In this document: in pieces, positions 41,093 through 49,936 of the stretch
How the letters are laid out: the number at the start of each line of letters is the position of its first letter
How positions within the stretch are numbered: the first letter of the stretch is position 1
Assembly (NCBI GenBank): GCA_963811165.1
Contig: CAWEQH010000010.1
Coordinates: 480,001 to 544,000 of the forward strand
Length of the DNA stretch: 64,000 nt
Source: an uncultured Nitrospiraceae bacterium
Lineage (GTDB): Bacteria; Nitrospirota; Thermodesulfovibrionia; Thermodesulfovibrionales; UBA6898
Direction: 5' to 3'
Position numbers and translations under genes: made by a program
Notes under the pieces: model-generated
Told to the model about the DNA's origin: nothing
What the model saw: the letters and a program-made list of their open reading frames with translations, nothing else
Database searches by the model: none

Positions 41093-41671
41093 CTATTTTT
41101 TCCTCCGCCACGGAAGATATCCGGGCACCCTTTCTTTATATTGAACATATTCTTCGCCGAAGCGGAGGAGGAGTTCCTTTTCCTCAAGAGGAATAATTAC
41201 TGCGTTCATAACCAGGAAATCGAGCAGCGCTACGACCCCTACGGCTATCACACCCGACAAGAGAAAAGCCCCGCCGAACATAAGAGTATGGGCAAGATAG
41301 GTCGGGTGCCTCACAAAAGAAAAAGCCCCGCCGGTTACGAGTCTGCCTTCGGCCTTCTGAGACACCTCGGGAAGTCCCATAAGCCCAAAAAGACTGAGTA
41401 GCCTCCCGGTCCAGATCTGAAGCAGCGCGCCCACGGTCATGATGACAATTCCCGCGATACGGATCAAGGGGTGCAAATCGATCCTGTACTGAAGGAGAAA
41501 GGCCCGATTGAGGTAAATATAATACGCAAGGGGCGGCCAGATGAGGGCGGGCATAACATAGGTCAATCTACCGATCCTCTTGAAAAATTCTGAGAAACCG
41601 TGTACCAGCATCCAGAAAAGGGGTATGACCGGCCAGACAATAATTGTGAGGAGCGCGATAAGGTCGATCAA
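41093..41671 (-). CDS. Isoprenylcysteine carboxyl methyltransferase (ICMT/PEMT)-family membrane methyltransferase
   Basis: LVTGGAFSFVRHPTY, EEKELLLRFGEEY..YKERVP. TTG start overlaps the radical SAM stop (TTGA). Confidence 0.9.
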   Translation of the reverse strand: MIDLIALLTIIVWPVIPLFWMLVHGFSEFFKRIGRLTYVMPALIWPPLAYYIYLNRAFLLQYRIDLHPLIRIAGIVIMTVGALLQIWTGRLLSLFGLMGLPEVSQKAEGRLVTGGAFSFVRHPTYLAHTLMFGGAFLLSGVIAVGVVALLDFLVMNAVIIPLEEKELLLRFGEEYVQYKERVPGYLPWRRKK

Positions 41672-42711
41672 GACTCTTCACCGATAAAACACTGCGGATC
41701 CTCGGCGAGAAAGTCTTCATCTCCTTTGGCAAGCGAATAGGCATATGCGATCGCTCTGCACCCCCGGCATCCCGACCATCTCCCGCATCTGCCGCATTTC
41801 CCTTTGTACCTTCCCTTGTCCCTGAGCGCCTGAAGAACAGGAGAAGTCGCCCAGACTTCCCGAATCCTGTCTTCCCTTATGTTCCCTATCGGGACAAACA
41901 GCCTCCTGCACGGCACGATCGTACCGTCTGGAAGGAAGGTGAGTCCGGAAATGCCCGCGGCACACCCACTGGTCGATACAGAGCTGCCCTCGGCCGCACA
42001 TCTCATCTGTGACGCCACAGGGTCGCCCGTGACAATCTCGAGTCCTTCCGTCTTCATCGAAAAAATCTTTTCGTATATCTCCTTCACCTTTTCCCTGCCG
42101 ATCATCTTATCGAGGAGCCCCAACCCTCTTCCCGAGGGTACGAGTCTCGAAAACCCGAGTTTCTGCACGCCAAGCGTCCTGGCGAGTTCCGGCAGGCCCA
42201 GTAAGTCTTCAGAGTTGACCTCGGAGAGCGTCGCATTCATCGTGACATTCAGACCCGCCCCCAGAAGGTTCCCGATGCCCTCCACCGCCGCTGCGAAGGC
42301 ACCTTTTCCTCTTATCGAATCATGCACATCCTCAGGCCCCTCCATACTAACCTGGACACCTTTTACGCCGAGTCCGGCAAGCGCCCTCGCCTTTTCCTTA
42401 CTGATAAGCGTGCCGTTTGAAAGAAGGTATATGTCGAACCCCCGTTTCCCGATCGCCTCGATGACCTCCAATATATCCTGTCTTAGCAGGGGCTCCCCGC
42501 CTGTGATATTGAAGCTTGAAGAAAACGAAATATCGTAGGCTTCGGACCAGGTCTTCAGCGTGTCTTCGAACTCCTCTACCACGCCTTTTATCTCTTCAAG
42601 GGTCAACTCTTCAGTCCTGCCGCCCGTCTGATAGCAATGCGTACATCTTAAATTACATCTTTCGGTCAGATGCCACTGGATAAAAAATTCATGAGCGTTC
42701 GTTATGGACAT
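41668..42711 (-). CDS. Radical SAM/SPASM-domain protein, candidate peptide maturase
   Basis: CNLRCTHC, TGGEP, SNGTL; SPASM CAAG...VPC...CGRC..SGCRGC...DPQC; no N-terminal RRE visible. Confidence 0.93.
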   Translation of the reverse strand: MSITNAHEFFIQWHLTERCNLRCTHCYQTGGRTEELTLEEIKGVVEEFEDTLKTWSEAYDISFSSSFNITGGEPLLRQDILEVIEAIGKRGFDIYLLSNGTLISKEKARALAGLGVKGVQVSMEGPEDVHDSIRGKGAFAAAVEGIGNLLGAGLNVTMNATLSEVNSEDLLGLPELARTLGVQKLGFSRLVPSGRGLGLLDKMIGREKVKEIYEKIFSMKTEGLEIVTGDPVASQMRCAAEGSSVSTSGCAAGISGLTFLPDGTIVPCRRLFVPIGNIREDRIREVWATSPVLQALRDKGRYKGKCGRCGRWSGCRGCRAIAYAYSLAKGDEDFLAEDPQCFIGEES

Positions 42712-42741
42712 AAAGCAAACAATTCCTCCGATATGTTAACT

Positions 42742-42747
42742 ATTATA
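42742..42747 (-). promoter_or_regulatory. -10 box (TATAAT) upstream of the radical SAM gene
   Basis: Perfect hexamer between the peptide-gene terminator and the GGAGG SD. Confidence 0.5.
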
Positions 42748-42803
42748 ATAATTTCCCCAGGCGCCATGAAACATAAACAACCCTTGGATAATCAACGTCA
42801 CGC

Positions 42804-42838
42804 AAAAAAAACGGATATGGCATGTTTTCCATATCCGC
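42804..42838 (-). terminator. Intrinsic terminator after the small peptide gene
   Basis: GCGGATATGG-AAAACATG-CCATATCCG followed by T8. Confidence 0.85.
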
Positions 42839-42851
42839 CTCAAAAAATTTC

Positions 42852-42867
42852 GTTGCCGACCGGCAAC
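42852..42867 (-). promoter_or_regulatory. SECIS-like hairpin
   Basis: GTTGCC-GGTC-GGCAAC; loop lies 25, 16 and 7 nt downstream of the three in-frame TGAs. Confidence 0.65.
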
Positions 42868-42868
42868 T

Positions 42869-42991
42869 TCAGCTCTTTCAACCCTTTCATTTGTGGCATA
42901 GCTTGCCAGGGTTTTCCTTTGCGGCCTTCTTTAATGCCGTCCAAAAGGCTGCCTCCTTGACAAGAGCCTCTCTGCTCACTGTCTTCTTCAC
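42869..42991 (-). CDS. Unannotated small peptide with in-frame UGA codons (CxxUxxUxx[U/stop]); candidate selenocysteine-containing RiPP precursor
   Basis: SD AGGAGGAGGTGA, GTG start, MKKTVSREALVKEAAFWTALKKAAKENPGKLCHK*KG*KS*; TGAs at 42889-87, 42880-78, 42871-69. Confidence 0.8.
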
Positions 42992-43102
42992 CTGTATCAC
43001 CTCCTCCTCTGAAACAAGCAGATATGCGCCATCGCGCGATTTGGATATAGGAACTCTCTATTTATGATATCTCACCCATAGAAAAAAGCAAGCGGAATAA
43101 AG

Positions 43103-45058
43103 CTAAGGCAGTTCCAGGAATTTTTTCAAAGAGACGGCGTCGCAGATGGGTTCAAGACAAGCCCCCGAGGCAAGGCAGGGGGTAACGCACCCGTCTTCAC
43201 CATTATGCGCCACCGTCTTATATGGTCTGAAAAGGTTTACTGCAGCAGCCGCAAGTTCTCTTCCTGCCTGAGCCCCCACAGTCAGTTTTATCATGTTAAA
43301 ATAGGCGTCGGTTGCGCAAAAAAAGTACCCCGCATGGATACTCAGGTCAAATGCACTGCCGGCAAAGGTCTTTAGCCCTTCTTTAGCCCGCCGGTAATAT
43401 TCCTCTTTCCCGGTGATAAAGTGAAGCCTGAGCAACTGCATGATCCCGACCGAATTAGCCGAGGGATGGGGGATGTCTTCAACCGCCTTGAGCCTCATCC
43501 CCAAGACCTCTTCGTCGGTATCAAAAAACCCGCCGGCTCCTTCATCCCAGAATTTTTTAATACAAAGCCCCGCAATCTTTTCCGCGTGCGTAAGATACAG
43601 AGGCTCCGCCTGCACTTCGTAGGCGTCGATCATGGCAGCCATGATATTCACATAATCGTCAAGAACACCCTTCACCCCTTCGCAGTGGAGAAGTTCGCCG
43701 TCTGCGATACAGCTATTCCAAATCCTCTCCAGACTCTTAAGCGCAAAGTCTTTCACTTTCTCGTCCCCAAGGACCCTGTACGCCGTCAGATAAGCCGAGA
43801 TGAACATACCGTTGAGTCCGCAGTAGAGCGTCTTATCGATAAACGGCTCGGTTCGCACATTTCTCCCCCTGAGTAATTTTTCCCTGGCCGAGCGGACGAT
43901 TTCCAGGACCTTTTGAAGTTCAAAGCCGGTTGCCGCAGCGATATCTTCAGGTTCCATCGCAATGAAGAGCACCTTTTTCGATTCATCGTGGTGCATAGAC
44001 CCTCTGTCGCTGAAGAGATACATCTTCATTACCATATATTCTTCCTCGCTGAGAAGGTCCTCGAGGTCTTCCTCTTTCCATGTAAAATACCCTCCCTCAT
44101 CGTCGGGAGTTACATCGGCATCCTGGCTTGCATAAAAACCCCCTCCGGGATCTGACAGCACTTCCCGGGAAAATCGTATTATCCCCTCGGCTACGGATTT
44201 AAAGCATTCGGACCCGAATATTGCATACGCAGACGAATAATTCCTCAGGAGCCAGGCGTTGTCGTCGGCCATCTTTTCAAAGTGGGGGATTATCCATGCC
44301 TCATCCGTTGAATACCTGTGAAATCCGCCGCCAAGCTGGTCATGGAACCCGCCCTTTGCCATGGCCTCGAGGGTCTTCCTCACCACGTATCCGGCCGTTT
44401 CCTCACGTGTAAAAAAAAGCCTGTTCATAAGAAACTCAAGGGCACCGGGCGCAGGAAATTTTGGGGCGGTCCCGAACCCCCCGTGCTCAGGATCAAAGGC
44501 GGACACCAGAGACGATTCTGCATGATCAAGAAGGGCCTTGTCTATCTCTCCGGAGGAGGAACCTTCCCCTCTTAGGGCATCAAGCAGCCTCTGGGCATAG
44601 CCGTCGATCTCTCCGCGCCTGGTCTTATAAAACTCCGATACCGCTTTAAGCACCTTCCCAAACCCCGGCCTCCCCTGCCTGTCTTCAGGGGGAAAATAGG
44701 TGCCGCCGAAAAAAGGTTTTTTTTGGGGAGTAAGAAAAACGGTCAGGGGCCATCCGCTGCCGTTTCCCATCGCAGAGACCGCCCTTTGATAACGTCTGTC
44801 GATGTCGGGCCTCTCGTCCCTGTCGAGCTTTATACTGACAAAATTTTCGTTGAGGATGCCGGCGATCACTACGTCCGAAAAAGATTCCTCCGCCATGACG
44901 TGACACCAATGACACCATGCGGCCCCCGTGCTGAGAAAAACAGGCTTGTCCTCTTTCGCGGCTTTTTCGAATGCTTCCTCGCACCACGGGTACCAATCGA
45001 TCAACTGCCCGGCTGCGTGTTTCAGATAAGGGGATTTCTCCTGAGACAGCCTGTTCAT
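43103..45058 (-). CDS. YyaL/SPATA20-like thioredoxin-domain protein
   Basis: MNRLSQEKSPYL, WCHWCHVM, DRDERPDID, GWPLT, GGGFHRYS, PHFEKM. Confidence 0.93.
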   Translation of the reverse strand: MNRLSQEKSPYLKHAAGQLIDWYPWCEEAFEKAAKEDKPVFLSTGAAWCHWCHVMAEESFSDVVIAGILNENFVSIKLDRDERPDIDRRYQRAVSAMGNGSGWPLTVFLTPQKKPFFGGTYFPPEDRQGRPGFGKVLKAVSEFYKTRRGEIDGYAQRLLDALRGEGSSSGEIDKALLDHAESSLVSAFDPEHGGFGTAPKFPAPGALEFLMNRLFFTREETAGYVVRKTLEAMAKGGFHDQLGGGFHRYSTDEAWIIPHFEKMADDNAWLLRNYSSAYAIFGSECFKSVAEGIIRFSREVLSDPGGGFYASQDADVTPDDEGGYFTWKEEDLEDLLSEEEYMVMKMYLFSDRGSMHHDESKKVLFIAMEPEDIAAATGFELQKVLEIVRSAREKLLRGRNVRTEPFIDKTLYCGLNGMFISAYLTAYRVLGDEKVKDFALKSLERIWNSCIADGELLHCEGVKGVLDDYVNIMAAMIDAYEVQAEPLYLTHAEKIAGLCIKKFWDEGAGGFFDTDEEVLGMRLKAVEDIPHPSANSVGIMQLLRLHFITGKEEYYRRAKEGLKTFAGSAFDLSIHAGYFFCATDAYFNMIKLTVGAQAGRELAAAAVNLFRPYKTVAHNGEDGCVTPCLASGACLEPICDAVSLKKFLELP

Positions 45059-45086
45059 CTCACAACCCGAGGCCTGCACCGCATGC

Positions 45087-45593
45087 TCATCGTCTCTTGA
45101 TCATCTTCATCGTCTCACGCATAAAAGCCGGAAGGTCTGACGGTTGGCGGGAGGTAACAAGGTTTCCGTCGACGACGACCTCCCTGTCTTCATAAACCGC
45201 CCCGGCTTCTTTCATCTCAGGAGCAACGGATCTATAGCAAGTGGCATGTCTGCCCTTAAGAAGGCCCGCGGTTATCAGTATTTGAGGTCCATGGCATATC
45301 GCCGAAACCGGTTTGTTTTTCTTGAAAAAAAACCGGGCTATCCCGACCGCCGTCCGATCTTTCCTTACCTCCTCCGGCGCTTTCCCTCCAGGCAGGACAA
45401 GGATGTCATATACCTCAGGGTCTACCTCTTCAAGAGTCTTATTTATCTCGATCTCGTAGCCGTGCTTGCCCTTTATCCTACCTTTTTTCATTGAAGCGAT
45501 ATCCACCTGTATCCCTTCTTCCTTCAACCGGTAATAGGGGACAAACAGCTCCATGTCCTCAAAGTTGTCTGCGCTGATCATTAATGCCTTCAT
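45087..45593 (-). CDS. PfpI/DJ-1-family protein
   Basis: FEDMEL, LPGG, AICHGP, LVTSRQPSDL. Confidence 0.94.
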   Translation of the reverse strand: MKALMISADNFEDMELFVPYYRLKEEGIQVDIASMKKGRIKGKHGYEIEINKTLEEVDPEVYDILVLPGGKAPEEVRKDRTAVGIARFFFKKNKPVSAICHGPQILITAGLLKGRHATCYRSVAPEMKEAGAVYEDREVVVDGNLVTSRQPSDLPAFMRETMKMIKRR

Positions 45594-45873
45594 AGATCCC
45601 CTCTTTTTATCACATTTGCATCATATCCTATCACAAAGAGGCAATTTGTCAATGGCATAGCGGTTAACATAGCATAGCGGGTAACAACCCATTTCCGGTA
45701 CTTTTCCACTTAGGGCAACCCAGAAACACATTTCAGGGAAAAACTGTAAGAAGATGAAAATAAAGTTTTCCCGGCTAAGCCCTATGGGCACTACCAAGCG
45801 TGACAGATTCTATAGCATTATCGTGTCAAGGTGTTATAATTTTTCTAACAATGCCTCTTATGGTTCGTCCGAT

Positions 45874-46764
45874 ATGAAAGAAGATAAAATATATGATTGC
45901 CTCATCATCGGGGCAGGGCCCGGCGGTCTGCAGGCGGCCATATATCTCGGCCGATATAACCGGGAAGTCCTGATCATCGACAGGGGAGGAGGGAGGACGG
46001 GGCACGCAAAACAGATCGAGAACTTCCTCACCCAGAAGGTCATTTCCGGCCGGGAAATCATACAGAGAGGGATGGAGCAGGCCGCACATTTCAATGTGAA
46101 GACGGAAAAGGGAGAGGTCATACAAATCCGCAAAAATGATTATTTCGAAGTCTCTACGAAAGAAAAGCGGTATATCGGGAAATTCGTCATCGTTGCTACC
46201 GGCGCCAACGACAACCTGCCGCCTGTAGAGAACGTCCACAAATTTCTGGGCACCTATTTCTATACCTGCATCGACTGCGACGGCTACCGGACTACGGGCA
46301 AGAAACTCATCATCCTGGGAAACTCTCTGAAAACCGTTCACCTGGCGTTCGGCATGAAAGAGATGTTCACCAAGGACATCACGCTTATTCTCTATTTTCT
46401 TACCCCGCCCGATGAATACGTCGAAACGCTGAAGGAGGAGGGCATTCGCCTGATCATAGGCCGTCCCGCAAAGATAATAGGCGACCGGATGATCAAAGCC
46501 ATCGAACTGCAAGACGGCACGCTGATCGAATGCGAGGTGATAATGTCCAATTTCGGATACAAGTTAAACGATTCATTCCTCTCAGGGCTTGGCTTGAAGA
46601 AGGATAGGGACGATTTCAAGTACGTAACCAACCGCGACTATGAGTCGTCGCTCAGCGGGCTCTACATCCTCGGTCCGCTGACCGGCAACGACCAGGCGAT
46701 CATCGCGGCGGGCGAAGGCGCCTCCGCTGCGATCGACATAAAAAAAAGGCTCCTGGAGCAGTAA
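45874..46764 (+). CDS. Thioredoxin reductase-like FAD-dependent oxidoreductase
   Basis: IIGAGPGGL, IVATG, CIDCDG, AAGEG. Confidence 0.88.
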   Translation: MKEDKIYDCLIIGAGPGGLQAAIYLGRYNREVLIIDRGGGRTGHAKQIENFLTQKVISGREIIQRGMEQAAHFNVKTEKGEVIQIRKNDYFEVSTKEKRYIGKFVIVATGANDNLPPVENVHKFLGTYFYTCIDCDGYRTTGKKLIILGNSLKTVHLAFGMKEMFTKDITLILYFLTPPDEYVETLKEEGIRLIIGRPAKIIGDRMIKAIELQDGTLIECEVIMSNFGYKLNDSFLSGLGLKKDRDDFKYVTNRDYESSLSGLYILGPLTGNDQAIIAAGEGASAAIDIKKRLLEQ

Positions 46765-46777
46765 ACAGACGCTGTCC

Positions 46778-47365
46778 TCAGTGCAGGAAGGGGATCTTGA
46801 ATATCAGGAGATATCCGTTGACCGAAAGAAGGCTGCCCATCACCGCAGAGATCATGGAAATAATAAAAACAGCATGAGAAGAAGAGAGGATAGCTATGGA
46901 TGAAAGCACGATCGATATCTGAAGAAGCACCTCGGCGTAGTCGAAATAGGGGTCCTTGCTCCTGTTGATCTCCCGTTCAGATTCCAGTTTTTTCGCTTCC
47001 TGTTCTATCGGCAGCTTCTCTTTCCTGTAACGCTCCTCTTCTTCACCGATCTTTTTGATCTGTCCTTCATAATGTTTCCGCGCCTCTTCAGTCATCGACT
47101 TCCCCCGTTCAATGAGACCCGCCTCCATCTGCATCTTCTGCGTCCTGTAAAGGTGTTCCCTCATGACCTTGGACTGGTAGAACGCCCATTGGTCTGATGA
47201 CTGCTGCTGGGCAAGCAGCATCTCTTTCATCGCGTTATTGCCTCCCAACGAGGTGACCGCAAGCAACACCGCATACATTGCGGTCGTGAGGGCCACCCGC
47301 TTCGTAAATTTTTTGTCCTTTAGTTCATCCAGTTCCTCGGTGTTTGGAAGCTCGACTTCGGCCAT
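46778..47365 (-). CDS. DUF4337-like membrane protein
   Basis: VALTTA..AV, SDQWAFYQSK, LLQISIVL; SD AGGAGG before ATG 47365. Confidence 0.78.
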   Translation of the reverse strand: MAEVELPNTEELDELKDKKFTKRVALTTAMYAVLLAVTSLGGNNAMKEMLLAQQQSSDQWAFYQSKVMREHLYRTQKMQMEAGLIERGKSMTEEARKHYEGQIKKIGEEEERYRKEKLPIEQEAKKLESEREINRSKDPYFDYAEVLLQISIVLSSIAILSSSHAVFIISMISAVMGSLLSVNGYLLIFKIPFLH

Positions 47366-47605
47366 CTCGTTTTCCTCCTGAGCTACGTTGGGATCTAATT
47401 TGATAAAAGAGAAGTATTTTATCATATCGGGGAATCCTAATGAACAAACTCGGGTCTTTGCTATTCCAAAAGCCATCATGCGCAGTAAAAAAAATTTTCG
47501 CCAGTTATCTAAGCTCGCCTCACCAGTTCATTCTGCGAAGTTCTGCAATTTCTAGTATACTTTTAAATATATGGTCCCAATGAACGATGCACGGAGGAGG
47601 TCGCA

Positions 47606-48238
47606 GTGGAGAACAAATCAAAGATTTCTGAAATAATAAAGAAACTAAAAAAAGAGTATCCGGAACCTAAGACCGCCCTGAACTTCAAGAGTCCCTTCGA
47701 ACTCCTCGTCGCAACCATACTCTCGGCGCAAACGACAGACGTTCATGTCAATAGGGTGACGGCATCTCTTTTTAAGAAATATAAAACGATTAAAGACTAT
47801 GCAGAAGTCCCTATCGACACGCTTCGCAAGGAGCTCAGTTCCATAAACTTCTATAACAACAAGGCAAAAAATATCCAGGCCTCGGCAAAAATGATCATCG
47901 ATCGATTCACTTCTCAAGTCCCAAAGACCATGGAAGAGCTGACGGCACTGCCGGGGGTAGCGAGAAAGACAGCGAACATCGTGCTTTCGAACGTTTACGG
48001 GATCAACGAGGGCATCGCGGTCGACACCCATGTAAAAAGGCTCACATTCAGACTCGGGCTCACCAAAAACACTGACCCGGTTAAGATCGAAAAAGACCTC
48101 ATGGCGATTACACCGAGGGAAGAATGGGGTACGCTGACGCACCTTCTGATCTCCCATGGAAGAAAGATATGCCAGGCGAAGAAACCGAAGCACGGTGAGT
48201 GCGTTCTTTACGATCTCTGCCCCTCCAGAGATATTTAA
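47606..48238 (+). CDS. nth: Endonuclease III
   Basis: LLVATILSAQTTD, LPGVARKTAN, AVDTHV; C-terminal Cys cluster. Confidence 0.96.
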   Translation: MENKSKISEIIKKLKKEYPEPKTALNFKSPFELLVATILSAQTTDVHVNRVTASLFKKYKTIKDYAEVPIDTLRKELSSINFYNNKAKNIQASAKMIIDRFTSQVPKTMEELTALPGVARKTANIVLSNVYGINEGIAVDTHVKRLTFRLGLTKNTDPVKIEKDLMAITPREEWGTLTHLLISHGRKICQAKKPKHGECVLYDLCPSRDI

Positions 48239-48258
48239 GAACGCTACGGAGGCGGCTC

Positions 48259-48735
48259 ATGTCACGCAGCAATTGCAAAATTCTCGATACAGGCGACAAC
48301 TTTCCTAAACTGACCTTCGGTTCGGTCGAAGGCGGCGTCATCACCCTGCCCGATGATTTCGACAGCAGGTGGAACATACTTCTTTTTTATCGCGGACATT
48401 GGTGAATATTTTGCCGACAGCAGTTGCTGGATTTCCAAAAACACATGAAAGACTTTGCGAAAAAGAATATCCAGGTCATTGCCGCTTCGGCAGATCCATG
48501 GGAGAAGGCGTTACAGACGGTGGAAAGATACAGGTTGACCCTTCGGATCGGCCACAGCCTGAACCCTCCCGAGATATCCGCACTCACCGGCGCCTTTTAT
48601 AACGCCCATGAGAATTACCTCCACGCTGCCGGCTTTATATTGGGGCCGGACGGAAAAGTAGAAAACGCGGTCTACAGCAGTCGGTCCATAGGCAGACTGG
48701 TAGCACAGGACTGCCTCGACTTTATCGGGTCATAA
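48259..48735 (+). CDS. AhpC/TSA (peroxiredoxin-like) selenoprotein with UxxC motif; in-frame TGA at 48403-48405
   Basis: FYRGHW-TGA-IFCRQQL joins two ORF-track fragments in one frame; SD GGAGG; downstream hairpin CAGC-AGTT-GCTG. Confidence 0.85.
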
Positions 48736-48951
48736 CTGGGACAGCCGGCAGACGGCAGGCCATCCTAAAATTTATTCTTTCTTTTATCTTTATCGCACAA
48801 CGTCTCCCGGTATTGTCAACCCGAAAAAAGCCGCAGGGTAGTGCCCTGGGACACTATCGAGTCGCGGAACTGCTTTGACAAAATCCAATTTTATGGTAGC
48901 CTTTTACCAGACATCGCATTCTTTGATTGACTCACAGAGGGAGGTGCGGAG

Positions 48952-49371
48952 ATGAACGCGAGGGAATATTACGAGCTTTTCAGATATCTCATGGAACAGA
49001 GGTGCCTTCGTCAGGAAGACATTGTCTTCGTGGAAAACATTGCCGAGTGGTGCAAAGAACAGGGGATACCCGAGCCTGATAGGGATAAGCCGCTTAAGCT
49101 CCTTATGAAAGACGGTCAGGGCTGCAAGATGCTTGTAAGGGAGAACCTGCCGGATAAGGTCATCGACGATCGTATCAGGGCGGTAAGTATCCGCAACCAG
49201 GTCACCGATGTCGCATCCGGCAAGGCGGATATGCTCGACACGCCCCACCGGAAGCTTGCCTTTCTCTTCCTAAACGAATACGCCTACAGTCTTCCGGAAG
49301 TCGTCGATGATCTCCTCGCGGATAAGTGGGCGTTTGAGGAGATGGAGAGACTGGGATACTTCAAACAGTAA
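48952..49371 (+). CDS. Hypothetical protein
   Basis: 139-aa ORF with SD GGAGGT. Confidence 0.75.
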   Translation: MNAREYYELFRYLMEQRCLRQEDIVFVENIAEWCKEQGIPEPDRDKPLKLLMKDGQGCKMLVRENLPDKVIDDRIRAVSIRNQVTDVASGKADMLDTPHRKLAFLFLNEYAYSLPEVVDDLLADKWAFEEMERLGYFKQ

Positions 49372-49390
49372 GCGAGGGACAGCAGGGAAC

Positions 49391-49840
49391 ATGCCTCATT
49401 TTGGCCTGATGAATACTGACGACAGCTTTAAGACGGAAGAAGGCGCACGACTACGCGCCAGGCTCCACATCCGTGCGGGTAAAAGGCGGTTGCGTCAGGG
49501 CAAGATATCGTCGGGCATCGTGACTTTGTACGATGCCCTCCTCTTTGCTATGGATTCGTACCTAATGTCTCCAGAGCGGAGAAATAAACTCGACATAAGA
49601 GAAGGCGAAGACCTGAAAAACGATAAGACACTTTATTCTGTGCTGACGCGTTCGGGAGTGCTTGACGGGAAGTTTGATTATATTGCTTTCGACAAGGTAG
49701 TGGAAGGCGAGGCTTCCGAAGAAATGCCGGGGTATGATTATGCGTGGATACTGGAGGGCGTGGAATCGGTGATGACCCAGCTCTGTGTCATGCCGTTTGA
49801 CGAAGCATCACTTCCCCCGGAAGACCCGAATACGTTTTAG
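49391..49840 (+). CDS. Hypothetical protein
   Basis: ORF from MPHFGLM, co-oriented immediately after the previous gene. Confidence 0.7.
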   Translation: MPHFGLMNTDDSFKTEEGARLRARLHIRAGKRRLRQGKISSGIVTLYDALLFAMDSYLMSPERRNKLDIREGEDLKNDKTLYSVLTRSGVLDGKFDYIAFDKVVEGEASEEMPGYDYAWILEGVESVMTQLCVMPFDEASLPPEDPNTF

Positions 49841-49936
49841 GCGCTTTCACAATATCAGCCGCATTTATTGACTGCAGTAGGTCGAGCAATAATCCTGTCT
49901 GAATAATGTTTTTTCTTGAATGGGCAAAAACGTCAA

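Noticed and set aside
42745..42868. Read-through of all three UGAs into a longer protein
   Set aside because: The extended frame runs through the intrinsic terminator, so a longer product is unlikely, though Sec at the third UGA is not formally excluded.
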